Below are positions 39,772 through 49,079 of a DNA stretch of 52,615 nucleotides, in pieces. Within the stretch, counting starts at the first letter, position 1. Each line of letters begins with the position of its first letter. Source of the stretch: an uncultured Candidatus Kuenenia sp. (lineage in GTDB: Bacteria > Planctomycetota > Planctomycetia > Pirellulales > UBA1268); NCBI GenBank assembly GCA_964508125.1, contig CAZDTC010000001.1:1-52615 (forward strand), read 5' to 3'. The translations under genes were made by a program, and so were the position numbers. A model generated the notes under the pieces. The model was not told where the DNA came from and ran no database searches. It worked only from the letters and a program-made list of their open reading frames with translations.

Positions 39772-42021
39772 ATGCATCATCTCAGCGACAGCTGTGTATC
39801 GCTAATAGCCTGCATCCGCGTCACGGTCGTATCGTTTCTACTGTCCGCGGTGACTTCCTCAGGCTCCTTCGCCGAGCAGCCGGCCAGTCTGGTCGTTGCC
39901 GTCATGGGGTTTACGGACACGTCCGACCGCGATCAGGCCAAGGGCTTCAACCGCGCGTTACAAGAAATGCTGACCACCGATATCGCGGTGAGTCGTGACG
40001 TCAGAGTCGTCGAACGCCCTCAGCTGGAAGAGGTGCTGAAGGAGCAGAAACTTGGGAAGACGGAGTTTCTCGACCCCAAGTCTGCGGCACGCGTCGGTAA
40101 AGGGCTAGGAGCCGGAGCTGTCCTGACAGGCTCACTGTGGGTCAACGAGGGGGACATGCGGATCGATGCAAGGCTGGTGCATGTCGAGACAGGTGAGGTC
40201 ATTCTTCCGACAAAGGTGGCAGGCAGGGCAGACTCGTTTCTGGACCTGGAGAAGCAGATCGCCACATCGATCGTCGAGGCTCTCGGAGCCAGGCTCTCGG
40301 CTTTCGAAAAAACCTCCTTGTCCAAGCGTCACACGAACAACTTCAAGGCAGCGGCCGCGCTCGGACAGGCCTTGGAGGCAGAAGAGGCCGGTGATGTCCA
40401 ACTAGCCCGTCAACAGGCCGCCCTCGCACTCGAAATTGACCCAGATTTTTCGATGGCTCAGTCCGTCGTCAAAGAGATCGAGAGAGTGCTGACTGCGGTC
40501 AGGCAGGAAGATGCCCTGAATCGCGCCGGATTCCTCGCGACTTTCGAGCGACGGCTTTTCGACTGGCCGTTGGAAGACGGCGAAGAAGGCCTTGGCGAAT
40601 ATCGGAAACTAGTCAGTGACAACGCTCCACATCGCGCCCTGCTCTGGTGGATGCTCGATCTGGAAGAAAAAACATTCTTTGATGGCACTGTGACACCGTA
40701 CTCCATGCTCTTCGTCGACACGGATCGGATCAATCGCGATAGCAGTGCCGGCCGAGCATACCTTGATGCGGCGGCCGGTGACGAAATGACTTTTTGGTGC
40801 GACGTCGCGCAGAGCAATCCAACTCTTGCCCCCAAACGACGCCTGACCGAGGAGGAACTTCACCCCGACCCCCTCAGCCTGCCTGCTCGGGGCTTTGGTA
40901 GGTCCTATTTCCTGTGGCGGCTTCCCGACATCTACCGGAAGCGCTTCTATGCAACCGTCTACTGCAAGGGAAACATGACCGAGGCAGCACGCATCGCCAC
41001 TGAGTATGCGGAAGTATGCGCCGGCATGGGGCCCGAGGCGACTCTCATCCCACAGCTCGAGGAACTTCAAAAGCAACTCGATGATGGCGATAGGCGTCTG
41101 CGTTTTTACAAGTCGGTTCGAGAGAGCCGCCTGCGATGGCAAATGATGAGGGAATCCATAATCGGATTCCATGTCGAGCTTCAAAAAGAAGCTTTTCAAG
41201 CCAAGGGAGCGAGAGTCGCTCCTCCACCGCAAGCTGATGTTCGTCGCGAACTGCAAGAAGAGTTGGCGACTCAACCAGGCCCGCACCTTCCCGACGGCAA
41301 TTTGGCACAGAGGAGGCGGGCCGCAAAGCAAATGACTGCGACGCTCCTGAAGGAAGCCAGTGGAGCCGACTTCATCGCGTTTCCGTTCGGTGACAAGGCC
41401 GCCCGAGAGGCGGGAACGATGATGGTGCATCTCGTCGGCTGCCCCGACAGCCTTACTGACCCGCGGATTCGAATGCTGTATCCGTGGATGGAACGCGAGC
41501 CAAAGCCACTTGCCAGCGTGGAGGAATGCCTCGGGGAGCGAATGATCCCCTGTGGACGATGCCGCCCGCTCCGCTGGGCCGATCAGGCTGAGTTGGAAAC
41601 ACACGTCGCGTCTATAGGCGAGGCTTTGCTCAAGGAGGCTATTGCGACCAAGGGCGACGACTGGCCGGCCGGACTCGCCGACGTTCTCGGCCAGATCACA
41701 TCAACTCCAAGCCCCCGCCTACGCGAACCACTAGCCGATCTCTGCAAACTGGTCGCCGACGGCGATAGCCGTGATCGCGAACAGCAGGCCTTGGTGTTTC
41801 GCTGCTTGGCATCGGTGGCAGACGAGAAGGATGTCGCGTGGCTATCCGACACGCTCGCCTCGACACCCTATTTCGACATTCGCGCGAACGCCGGAGCAGT
41901 GCTCGGGGCAATTGGTGGCCCCAAAGCTGTCGAATCCCTTTCTCGAGCGATTGACCGGGAGCCTTTCTATTTTGTGCGACATTCGCTCGAGGCATCGAAG
42001 CGAAGAGCAAGGGATCCCTGA
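39772..42021 (+). CDS. Signal-peptide protein with CsgG-like domain, TPR-like region, H-x3-C...C-x2-C zinc motif and C-terminal HEAT-like repeats
   Basis: Signal-like N-terminus 'SLIACIRVTVVSFLLSAVTSSGSFA'. CsgG-like 'LVVAVMGFTDTS...MLTTDIAVSRDVRVVERPQLEEVLKEQKL...AARVGKGLGAGAVLTGSL'. Ada-like zinc motif 'VHLVGCP...SVEECLGERMIPCGRCRP' (nt 41428-41568). HEAT-like 'DIRANAGAVLGAIGGPKAVESLSRAI'. SD 'ggag' precedes the ATG at 39772. Confidence 0.55.
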   Translation: MHHLSDSCVSLIACIRVTVVSFLLSAVTSSGSFAEQPASLVVAVMGFTDTSDRDQAKGFNRALQEMLTTDIAVSRDVRVVERPQLEEVLKEQKLGKTEFLDPKSAARVGKGLGAGAVLTGSLWVNEGDMRIDARLVHVETGEVILPTKVAGRADSFLDLEKQIATSIVEALGARLSAFEKTSLSKRHTNNFKAAAALGQALEAEEAGDVQLARQQAALALEIDPDFSMAQSVVKEIERVLTAVRQEDALNRAGFLATFERRLFDWPLEDGEEGLGEYRKLVSDNAPHRALLWWMLDLEEKTFFDGTVTPYSMLFVDTDRINRDSSAGRAYLDAAAGDEMTFWCDVAQSNPTLAPKRRLTEEELHPDPLSLPARGFGRSYFLWRLPDIYRKRFYATVYCKGNMTEAARIATEYAEVCAGMGPEATLIPQLEELQKQLDDGDRRLRFYKSVRESRLRWQMMRESIIGFHVELQKEAFQAKGARVAPPPQADVRRELQEELATQPGPHLPDGNLAQRRRAAKQMTATLLKEASGADFIAFPFGDKAAREAGTMMVHLVGCPDSLTDPRIRMLYPWMEREPKPLASVEECLGERMIPCGRCRPLRWADQAELETHVASIGEALLKEAIATKGDDWPAGLADVLGQITSTPSPRLREPLADLCKLVADGDSRDREQQALVFRCLASVADEKDVAWLSDTLASTPYFDIRANAGAVLGAIGGPKAVESLSRAIDREPFYFVRHSLEASKRRARDP

Positions 42022-42043
42022 TCAGCCTGCTGCTGGGCGGGCT

Positions 42044-43285
42044 TCACTTTCGCCAGTTCGATCGTTTCGACGTGAGCGCTGTCTTGCGCGGCTTTGCCCG
42101 CTTGATCGGTGACTTGCCCCCGAGACACGACGTGCGGCCCCGCGGCCGGGCGAGCCGCTTCGCTTCCCGCCGGTCCTTCCCGCCCACCGCCTCCTGGCCG
42201 GCGACAAGACTGCCGAAGTCGTCGCGAAGCGCCTTCACGACTTCGGCGGATGCGGGCGAAGCTCCAGCGTGTCGCACATACAGGCGATACAGCAGTTCGA
42301 CGTAGGCCATACCGATCGTGGTCGTCGCGAGCGGTCCCACCGCTGCATTGATCCCCTGCCCGAGGACTGTGCCGACAATCGGAATGAACTTGACAATTGA
42401 AGCGGCAAAAAGCGCGGCCGTCAGGGAGGTCGCCGGCGTGCCGACCGCGGCGGCGAGGAAAGCTGACAGCATCTGCGCGGAGGGCGACAGCCCAAAGGCG
42501 GCCGAAACGCCGGCAAACATCGACACGAACACCATCCCAAGGCCCGCTTGGTCCGCGAAAGGCAGCGGGTTCGCGGCATTGCCAAGCGCGTACAAAGCAT
42601 GCCGCGTCACGATGCCGTGCGCTGCCTTCCGCTTGAGTTCAAGATCTACTTTCTGTGCGGCGACGAATGCCAGCCTCTGACCCTCCGGAAACAGGTCGCA
42701 GGTTGCAGCGACCAGATCATCAAGGCCGAACGGCTCGAGGGCGTGACCGTCGTCGAGTTCCTCCCGCAGCGCTCGGACGCGAATGACTGCACGAGCCTGC
42801 GGCAGGAGCTTTCTCACCGCCGTCTTGAAGCCACGATCGGCCCTCGCTTTGGTGATCACTGCGATCACAGGCATGTGCGCGGCGAGCATTCGTGCCATGT
42901 CGATCTCGGCATCCTCGACCCGCCGCAGATCCTCCGGGATGCAGACCCAGCCGACATGGATATGGCGGTTGGCGTCGGAGTCGTGATTGACCTCGCGGAT
43001 AAACCGCTCCTGATCCGCCATGATCGCCTTGAACTCTGACATTTCGAGCCCGCGGTTGTCGTACAGCGAAAGCGGAATCCCGGGCCGCGTGTAGACACGC
43101 GTCTGCCGCGTCACCGGCCGTCCCTGGCCGACCCGCGCCAGGTTGCCATCGAAGACGGCGTTGACGAGCGTGCTTTTTCCGACACCGGCACGGCCAACGA
43201 GAAACACGTTGGCATGCCCACGTTCGCGGAGTGCCTCGTTGGCGATGGTTTCAATGGCGTGACCGAGGGGCATCGTGCGGGGCAT
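42044..43285 (-). CDS. Membrane-associated small GTPase (YcjF/DUF697-like C-terminus)
   Basis: G1 'LVGRAGVGKSTLVNAV', G3 'DNRGLE' and G4 'VITKAD'-type 'AVITKARAD', followed by C-terminal hydrophobic segments 'LGMVFVSMFAGVSAAFG...FLAAAVG...IVKFIPIVGTVLG'. The start at 43285 has 'ggag' upstream, and 43354 is also possible. Confidence 0.65.
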   Translation of the reverse strand: MPRTMPLGHAIETIANEALRERGHANVFLVGRAGVGKSTLVNAVFDGNLARVGQGRPVTRQTRVYTRPGIPLSLYDNRGLEMSEFKAIMADQERFIREVNHDSDANRHIHVGWVCIPEDLRRVEDAEIDMARMLAAHMPVIAVITKARADRGFKTAVRKLLPQARAVIRVRALREELDDGHALEPFGLDDLVAATCDLFPEGQRLAFVAAQKVDLELKRKAAHGIVTRHALYALGNAANPLPFADQAGLGMVFVSMFAGVSAAFGLSPSAQMLSAFLAAAVGTPATSLTAALFAASIVKFIPIVGTVLGQGINAAVGPLATTTIGMAYVELLYRLYVRHAGASPASAEVVKALRDDFGSLVAGQEAVGGKDRREAKRLARPRGRTSCLGGKSPIKRAKPRKTALTSKRSNWRK

Positions 43286-43477
43286 CGTCGTCGCTCCAGC
43301 GTGCGGTAGGGGATTCCGGGCGTCTGCAGGACATACGTGACCAGCGTCGGACATGTGACGTGACGCCTTCACGATCTTGTGCCTGCAAGGCACTGCTGGA
43401 TCACCCGTCACAAAATCACATCCGCGGTCGTATCGCTTGCGACGCCCCACCACACCGCCTTGCATCGGAGGCTGCAA

Positions 43478-44566
43478 ATGCCACTCGTCGAATACTCGGC
43501 CACGAACCTGCCCGTCTATGACGTCGATCTTGCTGCCCCGGCTGCGGAGCGGTGGAAGGACGTGTGCGAGGCCGAGGGCGAGAATATCGCCGCTCTCCTC
43601 GCTGATGTCGTTGATGAGTGCCTGGAGTACGTCAGTTGGCTACCGGCGTATCTACAGCCCTTCGTCACCGCGACAGCGTGGGGAGGCAGTTCGCTCGCAG
43701 GCTGGATCGTTGACCGCATCGCAGGGATGTTCGGCGAGGACTACGTTGCCGAAATCCGCGGTATCGCCCGATATTCAGCCCTGCCCCTCGGGCATATCGT
43801 GCTTGGCAACCTCATCTACGACATTTGCCAAATCAGCGGCATCCCCGGCGTTGGCTGTTCGAGTTACAGCGTCACGCTCGATGGCAAACCGACGCTGGCG
43901 CGGAACATGGACTGGGTGTTCCCTGCTTCCACCGGCCAACACTCCCGTCTAATTCGGTTCCACAAGGGCGCGAAGCATTACGACAGCGTTTCGGTCCTGG
44001 GATGCGTGGGTGTGGTGTCGGCCTACTGCCCCGGCGAGTGGGCGATCACGCTCAACCAGGCGCCTTCCGAGGGCCTCGGCACGAACTGGTTCCAGTGGCC
44101 CACGCTTCAGCGGCTCAGGAAGGCGTGCGACGGGTTAGGCAGCTACCGCTCGCTTGTCCGTCGCGTTCAGGAATACGAGACGATGAGCCCATTCTTTGCC
44201 CACGCAATCGGCGTGGAGCCCGAGGAGCAAACGGTCGTCGCAGGCCTGGGCAGCGATTTTCGCCGAACAAAAGTTCGCCGCACGGGCGCGAAAACGGCAC
44301 CGCTCGTCCAAACGAACCACTACCTCGACGTCGACCTCGTTGATCACAACCCTTCCCGGGACACGTGGGAGGAAAGCGGCACGACTTATTACTGGGACAC
44401 CTACCCGCGGCACGCCAGTCTCGTACGGCGGCTTGCGGCCCCGCCACAAACCCTGGAACAGGTTGTCCGGAAACTTCGGGGGTCTCCGGTCACAACGGAG
44501 GTCACCCAGCACCAGATGGTGTTTCAGCCCGCCGGAGGCTTCTCCCGGGTGTGGATTCGCCAGTGA
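43478..44566 (+). CDS. Acid ceramidase / NAAA-like Cys Ntn hydrolase
   Basis: The N-terminus 'PVYDVDLAAPAAERWKDV' resembles the acid-ceramidase alpha-subunit 'Y.I.L..PP..RW'. The putative nucleophile lies in 'GVGCSSYSV', followed by 'LARNMDW'. SD 'ggagg' precedes the ATG at 43478. The ORF-track start at 43379 is likely too early. Confidence 0.55.
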   Translation: MPLVEYSATNLPVYDVDLAAPAAERWKDVCEAEGENIAALLADVVDECLEYVSWLPAYLQPFVTATAWGGSSLAGWIVDRIAGMFGEDYVAEIRGIARYSALPLGHIVLGNLIYDICQISGIPGVGCSSYSVTLDGKPTLARNMDWVFPASTGQHSRLIRFHKGAKHYDSVSVLGCVGVVSAYCPGEWAITLNQAPSEGLGTNWFQWPTLQRLRKACDGLGSYRSLVRRVQEYETMSPFFAHAIGVEPEEQTVVAGLGSDFRRTKVRRTGAKTAPLVQTNHYLDVDLVDHNPSRDTWEESGTTYYWDTYPRHASLVRRLAAPPQTLEQVVRKLRGSPVTTEVTQHQMVFQPAGGFSRVWIRQ

Positions 44567-44664
44567 TGGCTCCGCTTGGACGAGTGAGGGCGTTGTCACA
44601 TGTCGCAGCCCGTCTGCGTAGATGAGAGTGATGGTATTCAACAGCCCCACGAGGAAAGACCGAC

Positions 44665-45696
44665 ATGATTGAGCACACTTCGGGTCACCTAATCCGCTCC
44701 ATCGCTACTGCCTTCGCGATCTGCTCGACCGTGGCACTGCCCAGCTCAATGCTGGTTTCGTCGAGTACGCATCGGAATACGTCCGCTTGGCCGGCCCCCG
44801 GCGCCCCGGCCGCTGGCATTCCGGTCGTCGACGTGGCTGCACTTGTCGCGCGGAGCATGTCCGCTGCTTCCGCCCGCAATGAGGCGGCGCTTGGGGCCTG
44901 CACGTCCAAGATCAGCATGATCCTGGATCACAACTTCTCCGAGCTGCACGGGGCCGCTGGTCCGACCGCCAAGGCGGTCGCGACGTCCAGGAACTGCCTC
45001 AGGCTGATCGCGTTACTCGCCTCGGACACTGTCCGGGGCCGATCGGACGCCGAAAACTGGGTGCGTAGGCGGGTCACTGATCGGCTCGGTCCGCAGGTTG
45101 ACGACTGCCAGCGGCAGATCCAGGACGCGATGGATGGATTCGACCGCGAACTCTCTGCAAGCACGCTGACCTTGGCGACTGAACTCGCCGGAATCGGGAC
45201 ACCTGCGGCGAGTCCGCCGGAGCTCGGCCACCAGCCGGAACTCGATGCCCTCGCGCTGAATGAGGCTCTCGGACGACTCGGCTTCGACGGTGTGATTCTT
45301 TCTTCTGCTTTGGCGATCGACGTCATGAGTCTGCCGAACAATCGGGTCTGTGGCTGGCTTATCACCAAGACGATGGAGATAGCCAAGTGGATTTTCGCAC
45401 GCCCAATCGCTGCGGCGACAGCTGAGGCGACGTGCGTGGTCGTTGACGGGCCACTGCCCTTCGGCGATGCGATCGCGCTGGTCGGTGCAGTCTGGACAGC
45501 TCATGACGTCTGCACCCTCCGCCATCGCTTCAAGCGGGAATTGGCTGCAGCGATAGAGGACCGCCTCGCGCAGGCCCGCGTCGAAATCGAGAACGACGTC
45601 CTGGTCGCCCTAAAGGATCGCGTCACGTCACATACGACCGTCCAGAAACGTATTCATGACGAGACCGCCCAGTCGTTCCTGAAGCACACCCTCTGA
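44665..45696 (+). CDS. Membrane protein, family A (paralog of 11585..12562)
   Basis: Shares 'ARNE.A...C.S.I.MIL', 'LATELA' and 'DGPLPFGDAIALVGAVWTAHD' with the 11585 ORF. SD 'gaggaaag' lies upstream. Confidence 0.65.
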   Translation: MIEHTSGHLIRSIATAFAICSTVALPSSMLVSSSTHRNTSAWPAPGAPAAGIPVVDVAALVARSMSAASARNEAALGACTSKISMILDHNFSELHGAAGPTAKAVATSRNCLRLIALLASDTVRGRSDAENWVRRRVTDRLGPQVDDCQRQIQDAMDGFDRELSASTLTLATELAGIGTPAASPPELGHQPELDALALNEALGRLGFDGVILSSALAIDVMSLPNNRVCGWLITKTMEIAKWIFARPIAAATAEATCVVVDGPLPFGDAIALVGAVWTAHDVCTLRHRFKRELAAAIEDRLAQARVEIENDVLVALKDRVTSHTTVQKRIHDETAQSFLKHTL

Positions 45697-45707
45697 GGAA
45701 CCCATCC

Positions 45708-46628
45708 ATGACTTTCACCCGCCTGCTTGCCGCCACCTGCTGCCTCGCCGCCTTTCTGCCGACCGGAACCGCGGCCGGTTCACCCATCAGCACACTGATT
45801 CGCGAGGCCGTGGAGCAGGCCTGCAGGGTCAGCGGTCGTGAGGGACTCGAACGGACGGCCCGGGAGTCGGCGGAGCAGGCCGTCGCCGTCGCCGTTAAAA
45901 GGCACGGGCCGGCCGCCGCGGAGGCGGTCTCGCGAGGCGGCCTTGAACTGCTCGAGGTCGGGGCCAGGCACGGCGATGACGTGCTGCGGCTCGCGAAGGC
46001 GGCCGGGCCGGCAGGGCAACGGGCGCTTGCACTACAGGCAGATCGTCTCGTCCCGTTGGCACGGCGGTATGGCCCGGCAGTGCTCGACCTGGAGGCACGT
46101 GCACCCGGGCTCGGCGGCCGCGTGTTCTCCGCATTCGGCGACGACATCGGCACGGCCGTCGCACGGACGGCAGCCACGGAAGACCTGCCCCGCCTCCTCC
46201 TCGCAGCCGAACGAGCTGACTCGCCCGCAACGCGGGCCCTGCTCTGGAGCCGGTATCAGGAGGGCGGTGGCGCGTTCCTTGATGCAATGGACTGGAAGGT
46301 AGTGCTGGCCGGAGGGACGTCTGTGGCAATCATCATCGCGGCTTGGCGGATGACCGCGCCGCACGCCGCCATGGGCGAAGCAATTCGCAAAAACTCCAAG
46401 GTCGCCGAGGAAGCCGTCGGCGGGATGTTCAATAGCTGGAGCACCTTTTCGTGGGCCCTGTTGCCACCGTCGGTCGTCCTCTGCCTGCTGTGGCGATTCG
46501 GGCTCATGCCCTGGCACCGACCCGTCGCTGGCCGCCTTCGCACTCTCCAGCAGCCAAACGCCGCGAGAGGCGTCCTCAACGACCTCACAAAGCCCCAACC
46601 GGTTCCAACGTCCGGCACGGCTGCTTGA
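45708..46628 (+). CDS. Membrane protein, family B (paralog of 12573..13484)
   Basis: 'RHGPAAAEAVSRGGLELLEVGARHGDDVLR' and 'EARAPGLGGRVFSAFGDD...EDLPRLLLAAERADSPATRALL' align to the 12573 ORF. It has C-terminal TM segments and SD 'gaggaa' upstream. Confidence 0.65.
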   Translation: MTFTRLLAATCCLAAFLPTGTAAGSPISTLIREAVEQACRVSGREGLERTARESAEQAVAVAVKRHGPAAAEAVSRGGLELLEVGARHGDDVLRLAKAAGPAGQRALALQADRLVPLARRYGPAVLDLEARAPGLGGRVFSAFGDDIGTAVARTAATEDLPRLLLAAERADSPATRALLWSRYQEGGGAFLDAMDWKVVLAGGTSVAIIIAAWRMTAPHAAMGEAIRKNSKVAEEAVGGMFNSWSTFSWALLPPSVVLCLLWRFGLMPWHRPVAGRLRTLQQPNAARGVLNDLTKPQPVPTSGTAA

Positions 46629-46759
46629 ACCGGGTTACATGCTGAACGTCCGACCGCCTGCGGCTTGGCATCCCGTCAGCCCCATCCGGTGTCACGGTCT
46701 CCCGACCACAACCGTATCACCCTGCGTACGAGGCACCCATTTGTCCGCAGGAGATCACC

Positions 46760-47041
46760 ATGACGCCTTTCGACCGTATCCCCGCCTGGCTGTACATCCT
46801 CCTCGCATCCGAACCGCCCACACCTCGCAAAAAACCGAAGGCTATGACCGTCGAGCAAATATTGCGTGACGAGTTTGGCGTCGTCGGTGGTGTCATATAC
46901 GAGCGACTCGAGGGCCTTGCCCGAGAAGCTGCAGCGGCAGCTGGCATCGAGGCGACGATCCTGTTTGACCCGCCCGGCGGCTGCTTCGGAAAAAAGCCCC
47001 GTTGCACCGACCACGACCGCTTACGGCCGTCAACGAATTGA
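46760..47041 (+). CDS. Small hypothetical protein (93 aa)
   Basis: The ATG has 'aggag' 7 nt upstream. No motifs were recognised. Confidence 0.35.
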   Translation: MTPFDRIPAWLYILLASEPPTPRKKPKAMTVEQILRDEFGVVGGVIYERLEGLAREAAAAAGIEATILFDPPGGCFGKKPRCTDHDRLRPSTN

Positions 47042-47110
47042 ATGCATATGCAACCCCACTAGTCACTGCACTGAACACCAGTGCCCCACAACGGAAGGGG
47101 AGTTTCAAAT

Positions 47111-47650
47111 ATGACGCACTCACATCACCTCTGCTGTCGCCTCCTCCTCGCGTTGTGCCTGACACTCACCGCTCGCCCTATCATGGCTGACGACGGGTCG
47201 GCCCAGATTGAATCACGCCCGCGGCTAACGGTGAGCGAAGACTTGTCCCATCCGTCGAGCGTGCACGGGTGCCTCTCGGCTGTCTGCAACGCTACTAACT
47301 CCGAGGATTTGGATGCGTTTCTCGATTGCTTCACCACGAGCACTCGGAGAAAGCTTCGCAAGCCCGCTGCACTCATGTTCGTACAACATGACGTCGACAT
47401 GGAGCTGATCGACCACGAGATCATCCAGCAAACGGGAAATAAGGCTCAAGTCGCAGCCAAATACACGACCACTCGATCAGGCAACAGGTACACCGTGTTC
47501 TCCGTGGTCGACATGCAGAAGGAAAATGGCTACTGGAAAATCGCAAAGGAGAACATCCAGACCATCGACCACGAGCCGCCGGCATCCTGCACCGTCTCTC
47601 GCTACACCTGCTTCGGCGGGCAATGCCGAGTTCTCCGAGTCCCCGATTGA
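47111..47650 (+). CDS. Secreted NTF2/SnoaL-like small protein
   Basis: Signal peptide 'LCCRLLLALCLTLTARPIMA'. 'CLSAVCNATNSEDLDAFLDCFT...AKYTTTRSGNRYTVFSVVDMQKENGYWKIAKEN' has an NTF2-like cone pattern. SD 'ggggag' lies upstream. Confidence 0.5.
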   Translation: MTHSHHLCCRLLLALCLTLTARPIMADDGSAQIESRPRLTVSEDLSHPSSVHGCLSAVCNATNSEDLDAFLDCFTTSTRRKLRKPAALMFVQHDVDMELIDHEIIQQTGNKAQVAAKYTTTRSGNRYTVFSVVDMQKENGYWKIAKENIQTIDHEPPASCTVSRYTCFGGQCRVLRVPD

Positions 47651-47684
47651 ATCCCTGACTCCCTTGGCGAGGAGCATTTACCAC

Positions 47685-48401
47685 ATGGCAAAGACATGTA
47701 TCGCGCGTGCTGCTTCGACCTTCATCGTGGTGACGGTCGCCGTTACAGCCTGGATCGGCTGGGGCGTCGCGGAAGCCTACCGGCCCCTTGCTAGGTATCA
47801 GCCGCAAGTGGGCGACGTGCTTGTTCAGGCCATTACGCCGTGCGGGAGGCTGCTGAGGACCGTGAAGGGCGTGACACAATCAAAGTGGTGCCATTGCGGC
47901 GTGGTCACCCGACACAATGGCCGTTGGGTTGTATGTGAAGCAGTGGGAGACGGCGTGCGACATACTCCGCTCCTCATTTTCCTACTGCGTGGTGACGGGA
48001 TTGATTTTGCAGCTTATCGACTGAGCGGCGAATCGCAGGCATACGCTACCCGAATGGCAGAGTGCTGTGAAACCTATATTGGGCGCCCCTACGACATCCA
48101 GTACGAACTGGATGATGAAAAGATTTACTGCAGCGAACTGGCATACAAAGCCTATCGAGATGCGACAGGTGGAGGTGAGCTAGGAGCCGTGCAGCGATTC
48201 GGCGACTTGAACTGGGAGCAGTTCCAGGATGACATCGCCCACTTCCACGGCGATGACGATTTGCCTTTGGACCGAAAAGTAGTGACGCCGGTATCACTGA
48301 CGCGGTCTGAGCGTGTGGAAAAGATTTTCGAATTACAAACGGCTGTCCGCTGGCGATGGGCACGGGCATTCGTGGTGTGGCTCGGCATGCTTTGGGGGTA
48401 A
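47685..48401 (+). CDS. YiiX/YaeF-like permuted papain-fold (NlpC/P60 clan) hydrolase with N-terminal TM anchor
   Basis: TM segment 'ASTFIVVTVAVTAWIGW'. 'GDVLVQ', 'SKWCHCGVV', 'EAVGDGVRHTPL' and 'IGRPYDIQYELDDEKIYCSELAYKAY' fit the permuted papain-like C92 pattern. SD 'gaggag' lies upstream. Confidence 0.6.
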   Translation: MAKTCIARAASTFIVVTVAVTAWIGWGVAEAYRPLARYQPQVGDVLVQAITPCGRLLRTVKGVTQSKWCHCGVVTRHNGRWVVCEAVGDGVRHTPLLIFLLRGDGIDFAAYRLSGESQAYATRMAECCETYIGRPYDIQYELDDEKIYCSELAYKAYRDATGGGELGAVQRFGDLNWEQFQDDIAHFHGDDDLPLDRKVVTPVSLTRSERVEKIFELQTAVRWRWARAFVVWLGMLWG

Positions 48402-48644
48402 TTGGTGGCGAGCCTACCCCGCCACAACATGGTTTGCTTTACGACCACTGCAGTCCCGCGTGCGGCACACGGAGAAGCACATCTACCGGCCCAGCACAGC
48501 GAGTAACTCCGCTGGAACCACAAAAGGGCGATGACGGCAAGGGGACAAGCCCTTCAACCCGTCCACTAAATTGATGCCGAGAACACGGCATATTCCTTGA
48601 GCGGCCTTCTGGTATTGGCCGCCATTCTCTCCAAGGAATGTGCC

Positions 48645-49079
48645 ATGCACGACTCTCTCACGAAGCACGCCGCCCAACTCGCGCGGCTGGCGATGATGAT
48701 CCGGATCGGCCTTGAAAGCGCCGAAGCCGCGATCCCCGGGATCAACGATCTGCTCGCCGACCTAGCAACACTTGGGCTTACCGACTTCCAAGTCGAAGGC
48801 CCTGCGATTTACTGCCGACCGGCTGGCCCGTCCAGCGCCTACGACGATTCGTTCGTCGTCTATCAAGCGGCAATCATCCAGCCCGGCGGCGTCGGCGCCG
48901 TCATCTGGGACGCCACCGACTACGAGGCACACGCAAGCCCTCCGCACGGCGAGCCCGTTGACCTCAAGCCGAACTTCCTCGGCTACGAACGGTGCCCGCC
49001 GATCGTGCGGGCACTGCTCGTGGCCCATGCAGGAACATTGCTTGAGCGATTCATGGGCGACGTACGCCTGCTCGGCTGA
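48645..49079 (+). CDS. Hypothetical protein (144 aa)
   Basis: ORF with 'aagga' upstream of the ATG at 48645. No motifs. A 7-bp hairpin (49125-49144) follows the stop. Confidence 0.4.
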   Translation: MHDSLTKHAAQLARLAMMIRIGLESAEAAIPGINDLLADLATLGLTDFQVEGPAIYCRPAGPSSAYDDSFVVYQAAIIQPGGVGAVIWDATDYEAHASPPHGEPVDLKPNFLGYERCPPIVRALLVAHAGTLLERFMGDVRLLG

